A stretch of 64,000 nucleotides of DNA from a bacterium (lineage in GTDB: Bacteria; UBA8248; JACPRG01; G963555815): positions 416,001 to 480,000 of the forward strand of contig OZ244653.1 of the NCBI GenBank assembly GCA_965218795.1, written 5' to 3'. Position numbers and translations under genes: made by a program. Shown piece after piece: positions 20,362 through 30,007 of this stretch (positions within the stretch are counted from its first letter, which is position 1; every line of letters begins with the position of its first letter). The notes beneath the pieces were generated by a model. The model had not been told where the DNA came from. It searched no databases and saw nothing but the letters and a program-made list of their open reading frames with translations.

Positions 20362-21350
20362 TGGAAACCTTCGAGCTTCATCAACCCACGGCCCTTGACG
20401 AGGCGCTCGATATCCTGACCCGCCACCGAAACGAGGCCATGATCATGGCGGGGGGGACGGATGTCCTCATCCAGCTTCAGCAAGAGGTCAAGGCGCCCAG
20501 GCACGTGGTCCTTCTCAACCGGATCAAGGAGCTCGACGTGGTCCGATCGACCGAGGACGGCGGACTCGTCATCGGGGCGGGGGTTCGTTTGTCCGACGTC
20601 GAGCATTCCCCCCTCATCCAAGAGCAGTTCCCGGTTCTTGCGCAGTCGGCAGCCCACGTCGCGTCTCCCTTGATTCGCCAGACGGCCACCCTCGGAGGAA
20701 ACATCTGCCTCGACAACAAATGCTGGTACTACGATCAGACCGCTCATTGGAAGGAATCTCATCATCATTGCTTCAAGCATGACGGGGACATCTGTCATGT
20801 GGTCAAAGGCGGTGAGATTTGTTACGCAATCTCCAATTCCGACACGGCCACCGCCCTCATCGCGCTCCGGGCTGAAATCAAGGTGATTGGAGGGGAAGGT
20901 GAGCGGGTCATTCCGCTGACCGAATTGTATACGGGCATCGGCGAGACGCCCATCGGTCTGGAGCCGAATGAAATGGTTATCGAGATCAGGGTCCCTCTGC
21001 CCAAACCCTCGACGGGCAGCAATTACCAACGGCTGGCGACACGGGGCGCGATTGATTTCGCCTTTGCCTGCGCCGCTGCGGTCGTGTCGCTTGACGCGGA
21101 TGGAGAGAGCTGCGCCGATGTCCGGATTTGCGTGAACAGCGTGTCCATGAAACCGGTGGACGCGGTGAAGGGGGCCTCGTTGCTGATTGGAAAGAAGCCC
21201 ACGGATGAATTGATGGAAGCCGCGGCCAAGGAGGCTTCCAAGGAATCGCGCCCGTTCAGCGACATCGAAAAGCTGGCGGGATACCGCAGCAAAATGACTC
21301 GGGTGATCGTGCGTCGGGTGTTGGAGGCGGCATACGAGGCGGCTGCCTAG
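20361..21350 (+). CDS. FAD-binding subunit with HcrB-type Cys-rich insertion
   Basis: AGGTD, IRQTATLGGNIC, insertion CWYYDQ...CFKHDGDIC...CYA. Confidence 0.9.
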   Translation: METFELHQPTALDEALDILTRHRNEAMIMAGGTDVLIQLQQEVKAPRHVVLLNRIKELDVVRSTEDGGLVIGAGVRLSDVEHSPLIQEQFPVLAQSAAHVASPLIRQTATLGGNICLDNKCWYYDQTAHWKESHHHCFKHDGDICHVVKGGEICYAISNSDTATALIALRAEIKVIGGEGERVIPLTELYTGIGETPIGLEPNEMVIEIRVPLPKPSTGSNYQRLATRGAIDFAFACAAAVVSLDADGESCADVRICVNSVSMKPVDAVKGASLLIGKKPTDELMEAAAKEASKESRPFSDIEKLAGYRSKMTRVIVRRVLEAAYEAAA

Positions 21351-21482
21351 CCCTTCTTTCGAATTTCCAGAGACAAGTTGGTATAATCGCCCGGTTCGGC
21401 TTTGTTTGATAATTTCTGTACGGCGCGTCAGGCCGTTCGGGGATGATGCGAATCCAATCCTGTTCTGGGAGAACGTGTAAAG

Positions 21483-22187
21483 ATGGGTCTGGATCAGAAG
21501 GCGATGGGGGTTCTGAAGCTCTACCTTTGGGATTATCCCATCGAGGACAACAAGTGGCATCTGTTCGACAAGTGGGGTATCCAGCAACAGCCCTGGGCCG
21601 AGCGTGAAGGGAAGCGGGGGTACCTATACCGGTATCGTGAGGATGGGTCGGAACTTGTCCGAGCCGTCATCGTGAATTATTTCGACCCCCCCAAACCGTT
21701 GGCCCCCGGCCAGAAAGAGAAACGAACGGCGATGGACGAAGAAGAAGACGACGAGCGTCCCGCCGTTCTCGCGGTGCTGCCCTACATCAATTGCGTCACG
21801 TGGCACCCGGAGTCTCAGGATCAGGTCAATCATTTCCTGGAGGAGACCTTCCACTTTTTCCATCCGGAGGGGAACGGCCGTTTCGTGTTGGGGTATCGCC
21901 GGACCGGGCTGTCCCACTGGACGGAAAGCAGTGCCGACTTGAACGTCTCCGATGAGGGGCTGAATCCCTTTATCCAGGAACGACTTCGGGAAATCCGAGA
22001 CGAAAAGGTGGCAACAGCCATCGCAGAAGCGCAATTGTCCACGGATGCCGCGGGAGAGGGTGAAATGTTGGGCGGTGTGCGTGCGATCTTCGAAACTACG
22101 GATCACATCAAGCCCTACTGGAAGACGATGGAGATTTATGAGATGCCCGGGCCGTTCAATCTGGCCATCTTTCCCAAAGACGCCTGA
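21483..22187 (+). CDS. Hypothetical protein
   Basis: 234-aa ORF with host-like codon usage; GGAG upstream; no family recognised. Confidence 0.7.
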   Translation: MGLDQKAMGVLKLYLWDYPIEDNKWHLFDKWGIQQQPWAEREGKRGYLYRYREDGSELVRAVIVNYFDPPKPLAPGQKEKRTAMDEEEDDERPAVLAVLPYINCVTWHPESQDQVNHFLEETFHFFHPEGNGRFVLGYRRTGLSHWTESSADLNVSDEGLNPFIQERLREIRDEKVATAIAEAQLSTDAAGEGEMLGGVRAIFETTDHIKPYWKTMEIYEMPGPFNLAIFPKDA

Positions 22188-22556
22188 CCCGGACGGCTTT
22201 CCCCGCCTTCGTGCCGGATGAAACGGACCCACCCAGACGAGCGAGCAAAAAAGTCAGTCACTCCAACAGGCTGGGCGCGATGCCCGGCCTGTTGAGCTTG
22301 GGTCGCTATTTCCTGAAACCAACGGAATCATGGCCTATGGGGACAAGATCGACCCAGGCCGACGGTCGGTCTCCTCGAAATGATTCCGGATTTCTCCCGA
22401 TTCGGGAACACATCGGGGCACTGTCGGCTGCGGTTCCTTAATTTCTTCCTCGGAAAGCCTGTGGTATGGAGGAGGAAAGGATTTCTCCATGAGCGGCCAT
22501 CGGGTTCCGGCTCCCGCCGCATTTCGGTCGTGATGGAAAATTCTGTTTGAAGGGAT

Positions 22557-23651
22557 ATGTCGATGCGCTCGATTCGAAGTGATGTAATCGGTAGCCTCTT
22601 GCGCCCTGATGATTTGAAAGCGGCGCGGGAGAAGCTTGAGGCCGGCGGCCTCTCGCACGCGGAATTCAAACGGATTGAAGACCGGGCCGTGGATGAGGCG
22701 GTTGAACTTCAGGAGAGAGCGGGGCTCGATGTCGTCACGGACGGCGAGATGAGGCGCTATGCCTTCTTCGGCCACCTGGTCGATGCCGTGGAGGGGTTCG
22801 ACAAATTCGGTGGTTGGGCCATCCCGTTTCGGAATGAGGAAGGGGAGGAGCTGACCTATCGTCGGCCGGTCGTGGTTTCAAAGCTGGTTCGCAAGCGGCA
22901 TCTCTGCGCCGAGGAGATGGTCTATCTCCGCGCCAGGACCGATCGTTTCGTCAAGGCCACCTTCATCAGCGCCCAGCAATCCGCCGCCTATTATGACGCT
23001 GAGAAGTCCAAAGGGGCTTACGCAACGATGGACGCCTACCTCGCCGACATCGTGGACATCCTTCGGAGCGAGGTGGACGAGCTCATCCGGCTGGGCTGCA
23101 CGTATATCCAGATTGACGGCCCTCAGTACGCGGCCCTGATCGATCCGGAAATTCGAGAGGGATACCGAAAGCGCGGGAACGACCCCGACCGTCTCATCGA
23201 TACCTGCATCGAGATGGATAACGCCGTCATCGACGGACGCTCCGAGGCGGAGTTCGGCCTTCACATCTGTCGGGGGAATAATCAGAGTAAATTCTACGCA
23301 AGCGGCGGTTATGATCCCATTGCCGCGAAGGTCTTCGAGAAGACTCATTTCAATCGGTTCCTGTTGGAATATGACGACGAGCGCTCCGGCGGATTTGAGC
23401 CGCTGCAACAGGTGCCGGAGGATCGGACCGCCGTCCTGGGTCTGGTGAGCTCGAAAAAGTCCGCGTTGGAATCCCGGGATGAGCTGAAGGAGCGCATCCG
23501 TGAAGCCCAGAACTTCATCCCGCTCGAACGGCTCGCGCTGAGCCCTCAGTGCGGATTCGCCTCCACGTGGGAGGGGAACGAGCTCACGCCGGATGAGCAG
23601 GAGGCCAAGCTCCGGTTGGTATCTGAAACGGCCAAAGAGGTTTGGGGTTAA
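22557..23651 (+). CDS. Cobalamin-independent methionine synthase II family protein (copy 1)
   Basis: GSLLRP, TDGEMRR, IQIDGP, Zn ligands HICRGN, LEYD and QCGF. Confidence 0.9.
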   Translation: MSMRSIRSDVIGSLLRPDDLKAAREKLEAGGLSHAEFKRIEDRAVDEAVELQERAGLDVVTDGEMRRYAFFGHLVDAVEGFDKFGGWAIPFRNEEGEELTYRRPVVVSKLVRKRHLCAEEMVYLRARTDRFVKATFISAQQSAAYYDAEKSKGAYATMDAYLADIVDILRSEVDELIRLGCTYIQIDGPQYAALIDPEIREGYRKRGNDPDRLIDTCIEMDNAVIDGRSEAEFGLHICRGNNQSKFYASGGYDPIAAKVFEKTHFNRFLLEYDDERSGGFEPLQQVPEDRTAVLGLVSSKKSALESRDELKERIREAQNFIPLERLALSPQCGFASTWEGNELTPDEQEAKLRLVSETAKEVWG

Positions 23652-23727
23652 CGGTTCCGGGGGGATCGGAAGGGTGGGATCCGGGCGGGCGGCGGCGAAC
23701 CTCCGGGTCAGCCTGCGGGAGACGGAG

Positions 23728-24825
23728 ATGGCTGAAATGCGAAGTGATGTGATCGGCAGCCTTCTTCGGCCGGAATATCTCAAGGAGGCGCGTCAACGCC
23801 TGGCCGCCGGGGAAATCTCGGATCCCGGGTTCAAACGGATCGAAGACCGGGCAGTAGACGAAGCGGTGGATCTCCAATTGCGGTCGGGCGTGGATGTGAT
23901 CACCGACGGCGAGATGCGGCGATACGCCTTCTTTGGCCATTTCGTCGATGCGATGGAAGGTTTCGACAAGCTGGGCGGCAAGCAGATCACCTACCGGAAC
24001 GGGGAAGGAGAGAAGCATTCCTACGCCCGCCCCGTCGTCGTGGGACCGCTCAAGCCCCGCCGCCACCTGTGCGCCGAGGAATTCTCCTATATGAGAGTCC
24101 GGGCTGGAGGAAGCGGGAAGACCATCAAGACCACCCTGATTAACGCCCAGCAGGCCGCCTCCTATTATGAACCGGAGAAATCGAAGGACGCTTATCCTAC
24201 CGTGGACGCCTACATGGCCGATGTCGTGGACATCCTTCGCCGGGAAGTGGAGGAGCTGATTCGGCTGGGTTGTCAATACATCCAGGTGGATGCTCCCCAG
24301 TATGCCGCCTTGATCGACCCGGAGATGCGCAAGATGTACGAAGAGCGGGGGATCGACCCCGACCGCACGATCGACATGTGCATCGAGCGCGATAACGCCA
24401 TTGTGGAAGGATTTTCCGAGGCCACCTTCGGCGTCCATCTTTGCCGGGGGAACAACCAGAGCAAGTTTTACGCGAGCGGCGGATACGATTTCGTAGCCGG
24501 GAAGCTGTTCCGAAAAATTCGATTCGATCGGTTTCTGCTGGAATACGACGACGAGCGGTCCGGGGGATTCGAGCCGCTGAAAGAGGTCCCCGAGGATCGA
24601 ACGGTGGTGCTGGGTCTCGTCACCACGAAGACGGGCCTGCTCGAGAGCAGTGAGCAATTGAAAGCCAGAATCCGGGAAGCGGAGCGCTATATCCCTCGGG
24701 AGCGTTTGGCCCTGAGCGCCCAGTGCGGGTTCGCCTCGGTGATCGAAGGCAACCTGCTGACGGTCGAAGAGGAGGAGTCCAAACTTCGATTGATTGCCGA
24801 GACGGCTGGTGAGGTCTGGAGATGA
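23728..24825 (+). CDS. Cobalamin-independent methionine synthase II family protein (copy 2)
   Basis: Same motifs (HLCRGN, LEYD, QCGF); start moved to ATG 23728 by GGGAG and alignment with copy 1. Confidence 0.9.
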   Translation: MAEMRSDVIGSLLRPEYLKEARQRLAAGEISDPGFKRIEDRAVDEAVDLQLRSGVDVITDGEMRRYAFFGHFVDAMEGFDKLGGKQITYRNGEGEKHSYARPVVVGPLKPRRHLCAEEFSYMRVRAGGSGKTIKTTLINAQQAASYYEPEKSKDAYPTVDAYMADVVDILRREVEELIRLGCQYIQVDAPQYAALIDPEMRKMYEERGIDPDRTIDMCIERDNAIVEGFSEATFGVHLCRGNNQSKFYASGGYDFVAGKLFRKIRFDRFLLEYDDERSGGFEPLKEVPEDRTVVLGLVTTKTGLLESSEQLKARIREAERYIPRERLALSAQCGFASVIEGNLLTVEEEESKLRLIAETAGEVWR

Positions 24826-25922
24826 GGAAAATTCGAAGCGATGTCGTCGGCAGTATGCTCCGGCCCGCGTACCTCCTGCAGGCGCGCAAGCGCTATGAGG
24901 ACGGAGAGATCGGCCATCCGGAATTCAAAGAGACTGAAGACCGGGCGGTCGATGAAGCCGTTGGGATGCAGGAAAGGGTCGGACTGGATGTGATCTCCGA
25001 CGGCGAGCTCCGGCGCTATTCTTTTTACGGTCATCTGATCGATTCCTTGGATGGGTTTGACAAATTCGGCGGCTGGGCGATCAAGTTCAAGTATGAAGGG
25101 GGCGGGGAAAAGGAGGTGAAGCGGCCCCTCGTCGTCTCCAAGCTTCGGCGCAACCGCCATCTGTGCGCGGAGGACTTCACGTACCTTCGCGCGCGCGTGA
25201 GCGGAACCGAGCGATTGCTCAAGGCTACCTTGATCAGCGCCCAGCAGGCCTCTGCCTTTTACGACGGCGAGAAATCAAAGGTCGCCTATCCCGATGTTGA
25301 CGCCTACTTGGCTGATATTGTAGACATCCTGCGCGATGAGGTTCGGGAGTTGATCCGCCTGGGGTGCTCTTACATCCAGGTGGATGCGCCCCAGTATGCG
25401 GCTCTTTTGGACCCCGCGTTGCGGGAAGGGTACCGGAAGCGGGGAAACGACCCGGACCGCCTCATCGACCTCTGCATCGAAATGGACAACGCTGTCATCG
25501 AAGGACACTCGGGCGCGACCTTCGCGATGCACATCTGTCGCGGTAACGCATGGGGCGGATTCTACGCGAGCGGGGGATATGAGCCCATTGCCAAAATCTT
25601 CTCCAAGACGAACTTTTCGCGGTACCTTCTCGAGTACGACGACGAGCGTTCCGGTGGATTCGAGGTATTGGGAAAATTGCCCGAGGACCGGACGGTCGCC
25701 CTGGGTCTCGTGACAACGAAAAACCCCCGCTTGGAGAGCAAAGCCGAACTGAAGGCGCGGATCGAAGAGGCGTCTCATTACATGCCGCTCGAGCGCCTCT
25801 CCCTGAGCACCCAGTGCGGGTTTGCCTCGGAAATGGCGGGCGGACCGCTCACCCTTGAGGACGAGGAAGCCAAGCTTCGTCTTGTCGTGGAAACGGCGGA
25901 GGAGGTGTGGGGTTACGGATGA
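24822..25922 (+). CDS. Cobalamin-independent methionine synthase II family protein (copy 3)
   Basis: HICRGN, LEYD, QCGF; ATGA overlap with copy 2. Confidence 0.9.
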   Translation: MRKIRSDVVGSMLRPAYLLQARKRYEDGEIGHPEFKETEDRAVDEAVGMQERVGLDVISDGELRRYSFYGHLIDSLDGFDKFGGWAIKFKYEGGGEKEVKRPLVVSKLRRNRHLCAEDFTYLRARVSGTERLLKATLISAQQASAFYDGEKSKVAYPDVDAYLADIVDILRDEVRELIRLGCSYIQVDAPQYAALLDPALREGYRKRGNDPDRLIDLCIEMDNAVIEGHSGATFAMHICRGNAWGGFYASGGYEPIAKIFSKTNFSRYLLEYDDERSGGFEVLGKLPEDRTVALGLVTTKNPRLESKAELKARIEEASHYMPLERLSLSTQCGFASEMAGGPLTLEDEEAKLRLVVETAEEVWGYG

Positions 25923-26151
25923 ACCTGGGCGATCTGACAGTCTTGAGCGACTCGGGTCAATGATTCTTTGGTCTGCGTCTCCGATGCCGTCCTGCAGGAT
26001 TCGCTCAAAGTATGGAGAGCCCCGATTATCCGGTGGGACGGTTTCAATTACTGAGGTTCTCTCCCCTTGCAACGATGAGCCGAACCCCTGACGTCAGAAG
26101 CGGCCGGGAGCGGGGAAGGGGAATCGATGGCCTGGATCCTCCGAACCACTC

Positions 26152-26179
26152 GGGAGGCTGTATGCGCCTCCTGTTTTTT
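26152..26179 (+). terminator. Rho-independent terminator
   Basis: GGGAGGC-TGTATGC-GCCTCCT stem-loop followed by GTTTTTT. Confidence 0.65.
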
Positions 26180-26293
26180 GCGTATATGCAGGAGACACGG
26201 TCGAGGCCGGTCCTTGATCGCCGGGCTCTGATTTTAAAGTAAATGGACCGCCCCGTGCGGGTCATCCCGTTTTTTCCGATGGAGGTGAAGGTC

Positions 26294-26980
26294 ATGGCGG
26301 ATTTGCCAAACATCGATGTCTTTCACGAGTATCACTGACCTTGGGCGTACATGGCCTCGGCGAGGCTGAAAGCGATCTTCCCGGAGTATCAAGACAAGCT
26401 CACGATTCACTACAGAGCTTTTCCGCTCGACGTGATTAACGGGGGCCCCCTTCCCCGGTTTATCGTTGAACAGGAATGGCCGCACGTCGCCAATGAGGAG
26501 CCTTTGTGCGAGTTCCGTCCGTGGAACAACCGGGGCTATCCGGATTCAAGCCTGATGGCGTTTGAGGCGTACGAGTGCGGATACGCGCAGGACCCGGCCA
26601 AGGCGTTCGATCTGGACTACCGCATTCGCAGGGCTTTTTATTTCGAGAGCCGCTGGGTTCATTTGAGAAACACCCTATTGGAGATTGCGGAAGAAGCGGG
26701 CCTGGATATGAAGCGTTTTACTGACGACTTCGACACCGGCCGGTACAAGGCGCGGATCATGATCGACTGCAATGAGGCCCTGCGGAAACGCGACGAAGAG
26801 GATCGGCCGATGACCAGTCCGACGCTCATCCTTCCGAATGACGAGTTCTATTACAATCCCTTCGCCACGGAAAAGATCTTCGATGAGAACAAGGTGATGA
26901 TTGTCACCAAGGCTGCCGAAAAGACCGGCGAGGCGGCGCTGGAAGGATACCGGAAAATTCTGGACGGGGCCCTGGCGTGA
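26294..26980 (+). CDS. Selenocysteine-containing DsbA/FrnE-like protein (UPWA)
   Basis: GGAGGTG RBS at 26281. MADLPNIDVFHEYH-[TGA 26336-26338]-PWAY is in frame with tracked ORF 26351-26980 and matches DsbA/FrnE CPWxY. AF..., A...GLD and SPTL cis-Pro motif downstream. Confidence 0.85.
26353..26367 (+). promoter_or_regulatory. Putative SECIS element
   Basis: GGCCTC-GGC-GAGGCT stem; loop G at +21 after the UGA. Confidence 0.6.
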
Positions 26981-27321
26981 GCGTCTCGTTTCGCCGCTCC
27001 GTTCTCATGGGTTGCGGGGCGTCCGAAGTCGAGCTGAAAGAGCGCCTGTCCTGCACGGAAAATCCGTTTGAGCATCCGGACGCTCCCATTTCGCTTCTCC
27101 TGGAAGATGACCATCCCTGACGATTTCCTCGGTCGTCGCCATGCTTGAATCCTTCCCTCAGGGGGCGGAAAATGCCCATGAACCGGTTCAGCGGAACGCC
27201 TCGCCGGTTTCAAATTGAAGGAGTTGCCCGATATTCCCATGCGATGCCCTTTCATACCCGTTTTATTTTCAGCTGGTATGACAGGTGCAGGGTATTCCGG
27301 TTCGGATTTTGAAGGACAGAC

Positions 27322-28761
27322 GTGGAGACTGGGTTGGATCTCATCATTGAGAACGGAACCATCGTAACCCCGTCGGAGCTCCATCAGGCCGATATCGGGA
27401 TTGCGGGGGAAACCATCATCCGGATCGAACGGGGACTCGGCGAGGCGGCCCGGCGCGAATTGCCGAATATCGAGATTTATGACGCGCGAGGCAAATACAT
27501 CTTCCCCGGAGCCATTGATGTCCACACGCATTTCGAGATGCCGCTCCCGACCACCCGGGTCTGCGACGACTTCGCGTCCGGAACCATCGCTGCCGCCTGC
27601 GGCGGAGTGACCTCAATCATCGATTTCGCCAACCAGGTGAAGGGAGAGAGTCTGGCGAAGACCTTCGACGACTGGCAGGAGCGGGCGCACGGCAAGGCCG
27701 TCGTGGATTACGGTTTTCACATGACGATCACCGACGCCCGGCCCGAGGTGTTGGATGAAATCCCCTGGGTCCGCGATCAGGGGATCTCCAGCCTGAAGGT
27801 GCTCATGGCTTATAAGGGCACCATCATGCAGGATGACGCCTCGATCTACCGGATCCTCCGCCGGGCCGCGCAGGAGGAACTTCTCGTTCTGGTCCATTGC
27901 GAGAACGGCGACGTTATCGACGCCCGGCAAAAGGAGTTCGTTGCGGAAGGAAGGCTCTCCCCCGTCTGGCACCCGCGCAGCCGCCCACCCATTCTGGAAG
28001 GGGAAGCCACCGGCCGGATGATCGACATCGCAACAATGGTCGGTGCGCCGATATATGTCGTCCATCTCACGTGCCGGGACGCGCTGGAGCGCGTTCAAGC
28101 GGCCCGTATTCGCGGGTTGCCGGTTTTCGCGGAGACCTGCCCTCAGTATCTCGTCCTCGACGAGTCCATGATTGATTCGCCGGATTTCGAGGGGGCCAAA
28201 TTCATTTGCTCGCCGCCCCTTCGTCCTCAATCCCATCAGCGGTTCCTGTGGATCGGTCTTGGCAGCGGTATCCTCTCTGTCGTGGGGTCGGACCATGCGC
28301 CGTTCAACTTCAAGGGTCAGAAAGATCTGGGACGGGAAAACTTCCTCTTGATCCCCAACGGGCTCCCGAGCTCGGAAACGATCATCCCCATTTTGTATTC
28401 GGAGGGTGTGCGAAAGGAGAGAATTTCCATCCATCAGATGGCCGCGCTCACGAGCACGAATCCCGCCATGCTTTTCGGGCTGTTCCCGAAAAAGGGTTCG
28501 GTGGCCGTCGGGAGCGATGCAGACCTCTTGATTCTCGAACCGGAGAAAAAGATGGTCCTTGGGCGGGAGACCCTGCACCACAGGGTGGATTACAGTCCGT
28601 TCGAGGGGATCGAGGTGCAAGGCGTTCCCGTCACAACGCTCTCGCGGGGAACCTTCCTCTACCGCGACGGGGAGGTGACGGCCCCGGCGGGGCATGGTCG
28701 GTTTCTGGTCCGTCAACGGAGCGCGGCTTTCGTAGGACAATCGGCGCGTGCGGATGGATAA
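27322..28761 (+). CDS. hydA: Dihydropyrimidinase / D-hydantoinase
   Basis: PGAIDVHTH, GGVTSIIDF, KVLMAYK, VHCENG, ETCPQYL, CSPPLR, SDH, IPNG. Confidence 0.93.
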   Translation: METGLDLIIENGTIVTPSELHQADIGIAGETIIRIERGLGEAARRELPNIEIYDARGKYIFPGAIDVHTHFEMPLPTTRVCDDFASGTIAAACGGVTSIIDFANQVKGESLAKTFDDWQERAHGKAVVDYGFHMTITDARPEVLDEIPWVRDQGISSLKVLMAYKGTIMQDDASIYRILRRAAQEELLVLVHCENGDVIDARQKEFVAEGRLSPVWHPRSRPPILEGEATGRMIDIATMVGAPIYVVHLTCRDALERVQAARIRGLPVFAETCPQYLVLDESMIDSPDFEGAKFICSPPLRPQSHQRFLWIGLGSGILSVVGSDHAPFNFKGQKDLGRENFLLIPNGLPSSETIIPILYSEGVRKERISIHQMAALTSTNPAMLFGLFPKKGSVAVGSDADLLILEPEKKMVLGRETLHHRVDYSPFEGIEVQGVPVTTLSRGTFLYRDGEVTAPAGHGRFLVRQRSAAFVGQSARADG

Positions 28762-29470
28762 AGGAGGGGACCGGGCCCCTCCGCCGGATTCCCTCCTGGT
28801 CGTTATGGCAAAAGCCCCGCGGGCGGGTGAAGTCAAAACCCGGCTGATCCCCCCGTTGACCCCTGAGGAGGCAGCAGCGTTCCATAGCGCTTGTCTGATG
28901 GACACCCTGGAGAAGGTCAAGGGCCTTTCGGGGATTGTCCCGGCCCTGGCCTATACGCCGGATGATGCGAAAGCCGAATTTCTGGAGCTTTGGCCCGGCG
29001 AACTTCTCCGCTTTTCGCAATCCGGACGGGGTTTGGGCGAGCGAATGTTGAACTGCCTCCGACGCGGTTTCGCCGATGGATTCCGGTTTGTCGCGGTTCA
29101 CGGGACCGATATCCCTCACGCCCCGCCCCGGGAATTGTTGCGGGGTTTTGAGGAGCTTCGGACCGATCGAGCGGATCTGGTCCTGGGCCCGACACTGGAT
29201 GGAGGTTATTACTACCTTGCAGCGTCGGGTGAGCACGCAGAGCTTTTTCGGGAAATTCGATGGGGCACCCGGGAGGTGTACGAAAAGACCTTGAAGCGTG
29301 CGGACAGCCTTGGCTTACGGATCGGCGCCATTGCCCCGGTCCGTGACCTGGACACGCCGGAAGACCTCGAGTCCGTTCATATGGAATTGATCCGGCCCGG
29401 CCCACCGGATCCGGATTGGTGGTCGGCGAGTCGGACGAGATGGTTCCTGACGGAACAATGGAACGCGTAG
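28748..29470 (+). CDS. DUF2064 / TIGR04282-type GT-A-fold transferase
   Basis: MAKAPRAGEVKTRL, Q...LGERM, GTDIP, VLGPTLDGGYY, W.T..V, DLDTPEDL. Confidence 0.88.
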   Translation: MRMDKGGDRAPPPDSLLVVMAKAPRAGEVKTRLIPPLTPEEAAAFHSACLMDTLEKVKGLSGIVPALAYTPDDAKAEFLELWPGELLRFSQSGRGLGERMLNCLRRGFADGFRFVAVHGTDIPHAPPRELLRGFEELRTDRADLVLGPTLDGGYYYLAASGEHAELFREIRWGTREVYEKTLKRADSLGLRIGAIAPVRDLDTPEDLESVHMELIRPGPPDPDWWSASRTRWFLTEQWNA

Positions 29471-29536
29471 ATCACCGTGGCACCTGGAAACTGATTTCTT
29501 TATCATGAATCTGGGCGGACGTAGAATGGCGGAGGC

Positions 29537-29947
29537 ATGACGGACGAATCCAGGATCCGTGTTCTGGTCGCCAAACCCGGACTGGACGGTCATGACCGGG
29601 GGGCCAAGGTGGTTGCGCACGCCCTGCGCGATGCCGGCATGGAGGTGATCTACACCGGCATCCGTCAGACGCCGGAACAAATCGCACAGGCGGCCCTTCA
29701 GGAAGATGTTGACGCAGTTGGGTTGAGTTCCCTTTCCGGCGCGCACGCCACGCTGTTCCCGCGCGTGATTGCCTGCCTGCGGGAAAAGGGATTGAAGGAC
29801 GTCGTGGTGTTCGGTGGCGGAATCATCCCCCCCAAAGATGCCGAAAAATTGAAGAATCAGGGGATGCACGCCCTCTTCGGCCCCGGTACGAGTCTGCAGG
29901 AGATCGTCGGTTTCCTTCGCAAGACGGTGAAACCTCGAACGAGCTGA
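29537..29947 (+). CDS. Cobalamin-binding domain protein (methylmalonyl-CoA mutase small-subunit type)
   Basis: [30 protein letters not shown]. Confidence 0.95.
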   Translation: MTDESRIRVLVAKPGLDGHDRGAKVVAHALRDAGMEVIYTGIRQTPEQIAQAALQEDVDAVGLSSLSGAHATLFPRVIACLREKGLKDVVVFGGGIIPPKDAEKLKNQGMHALFGPGTSLQEIVGFLRKTVKPRTS

Positions 29948-30007
29948 GCAAAGGCGAATTCTTGATCCAGCAATCGATTTCAGCATCGATGGGTGGGAGC
30001 GTGACGG

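Noticed and set aside
22188-22556. SAM, SAH or cobalamin riboswitch ahead of the MetE-II genes
   Set aside because: No recognisable conserved cores; only an isolated hairpin.
23593-23727. N-terminal extensions in the ORF track (also 8921, 15827, 50609, 54797, 55243, 58468, 58850, 60376)
   Set aside because: They overlap upstream genes or lack an RBS; downstream starts fit the RBS and family N-termini better.
25923-26150. 6S or other structured ncRNA before the terminator
   Set aside because: Only short possible pairings (GAGAGCC/GGTTCTC, TCCCCTT/AAGGGGA) and no family signature; not supportable without an Rfam scan.
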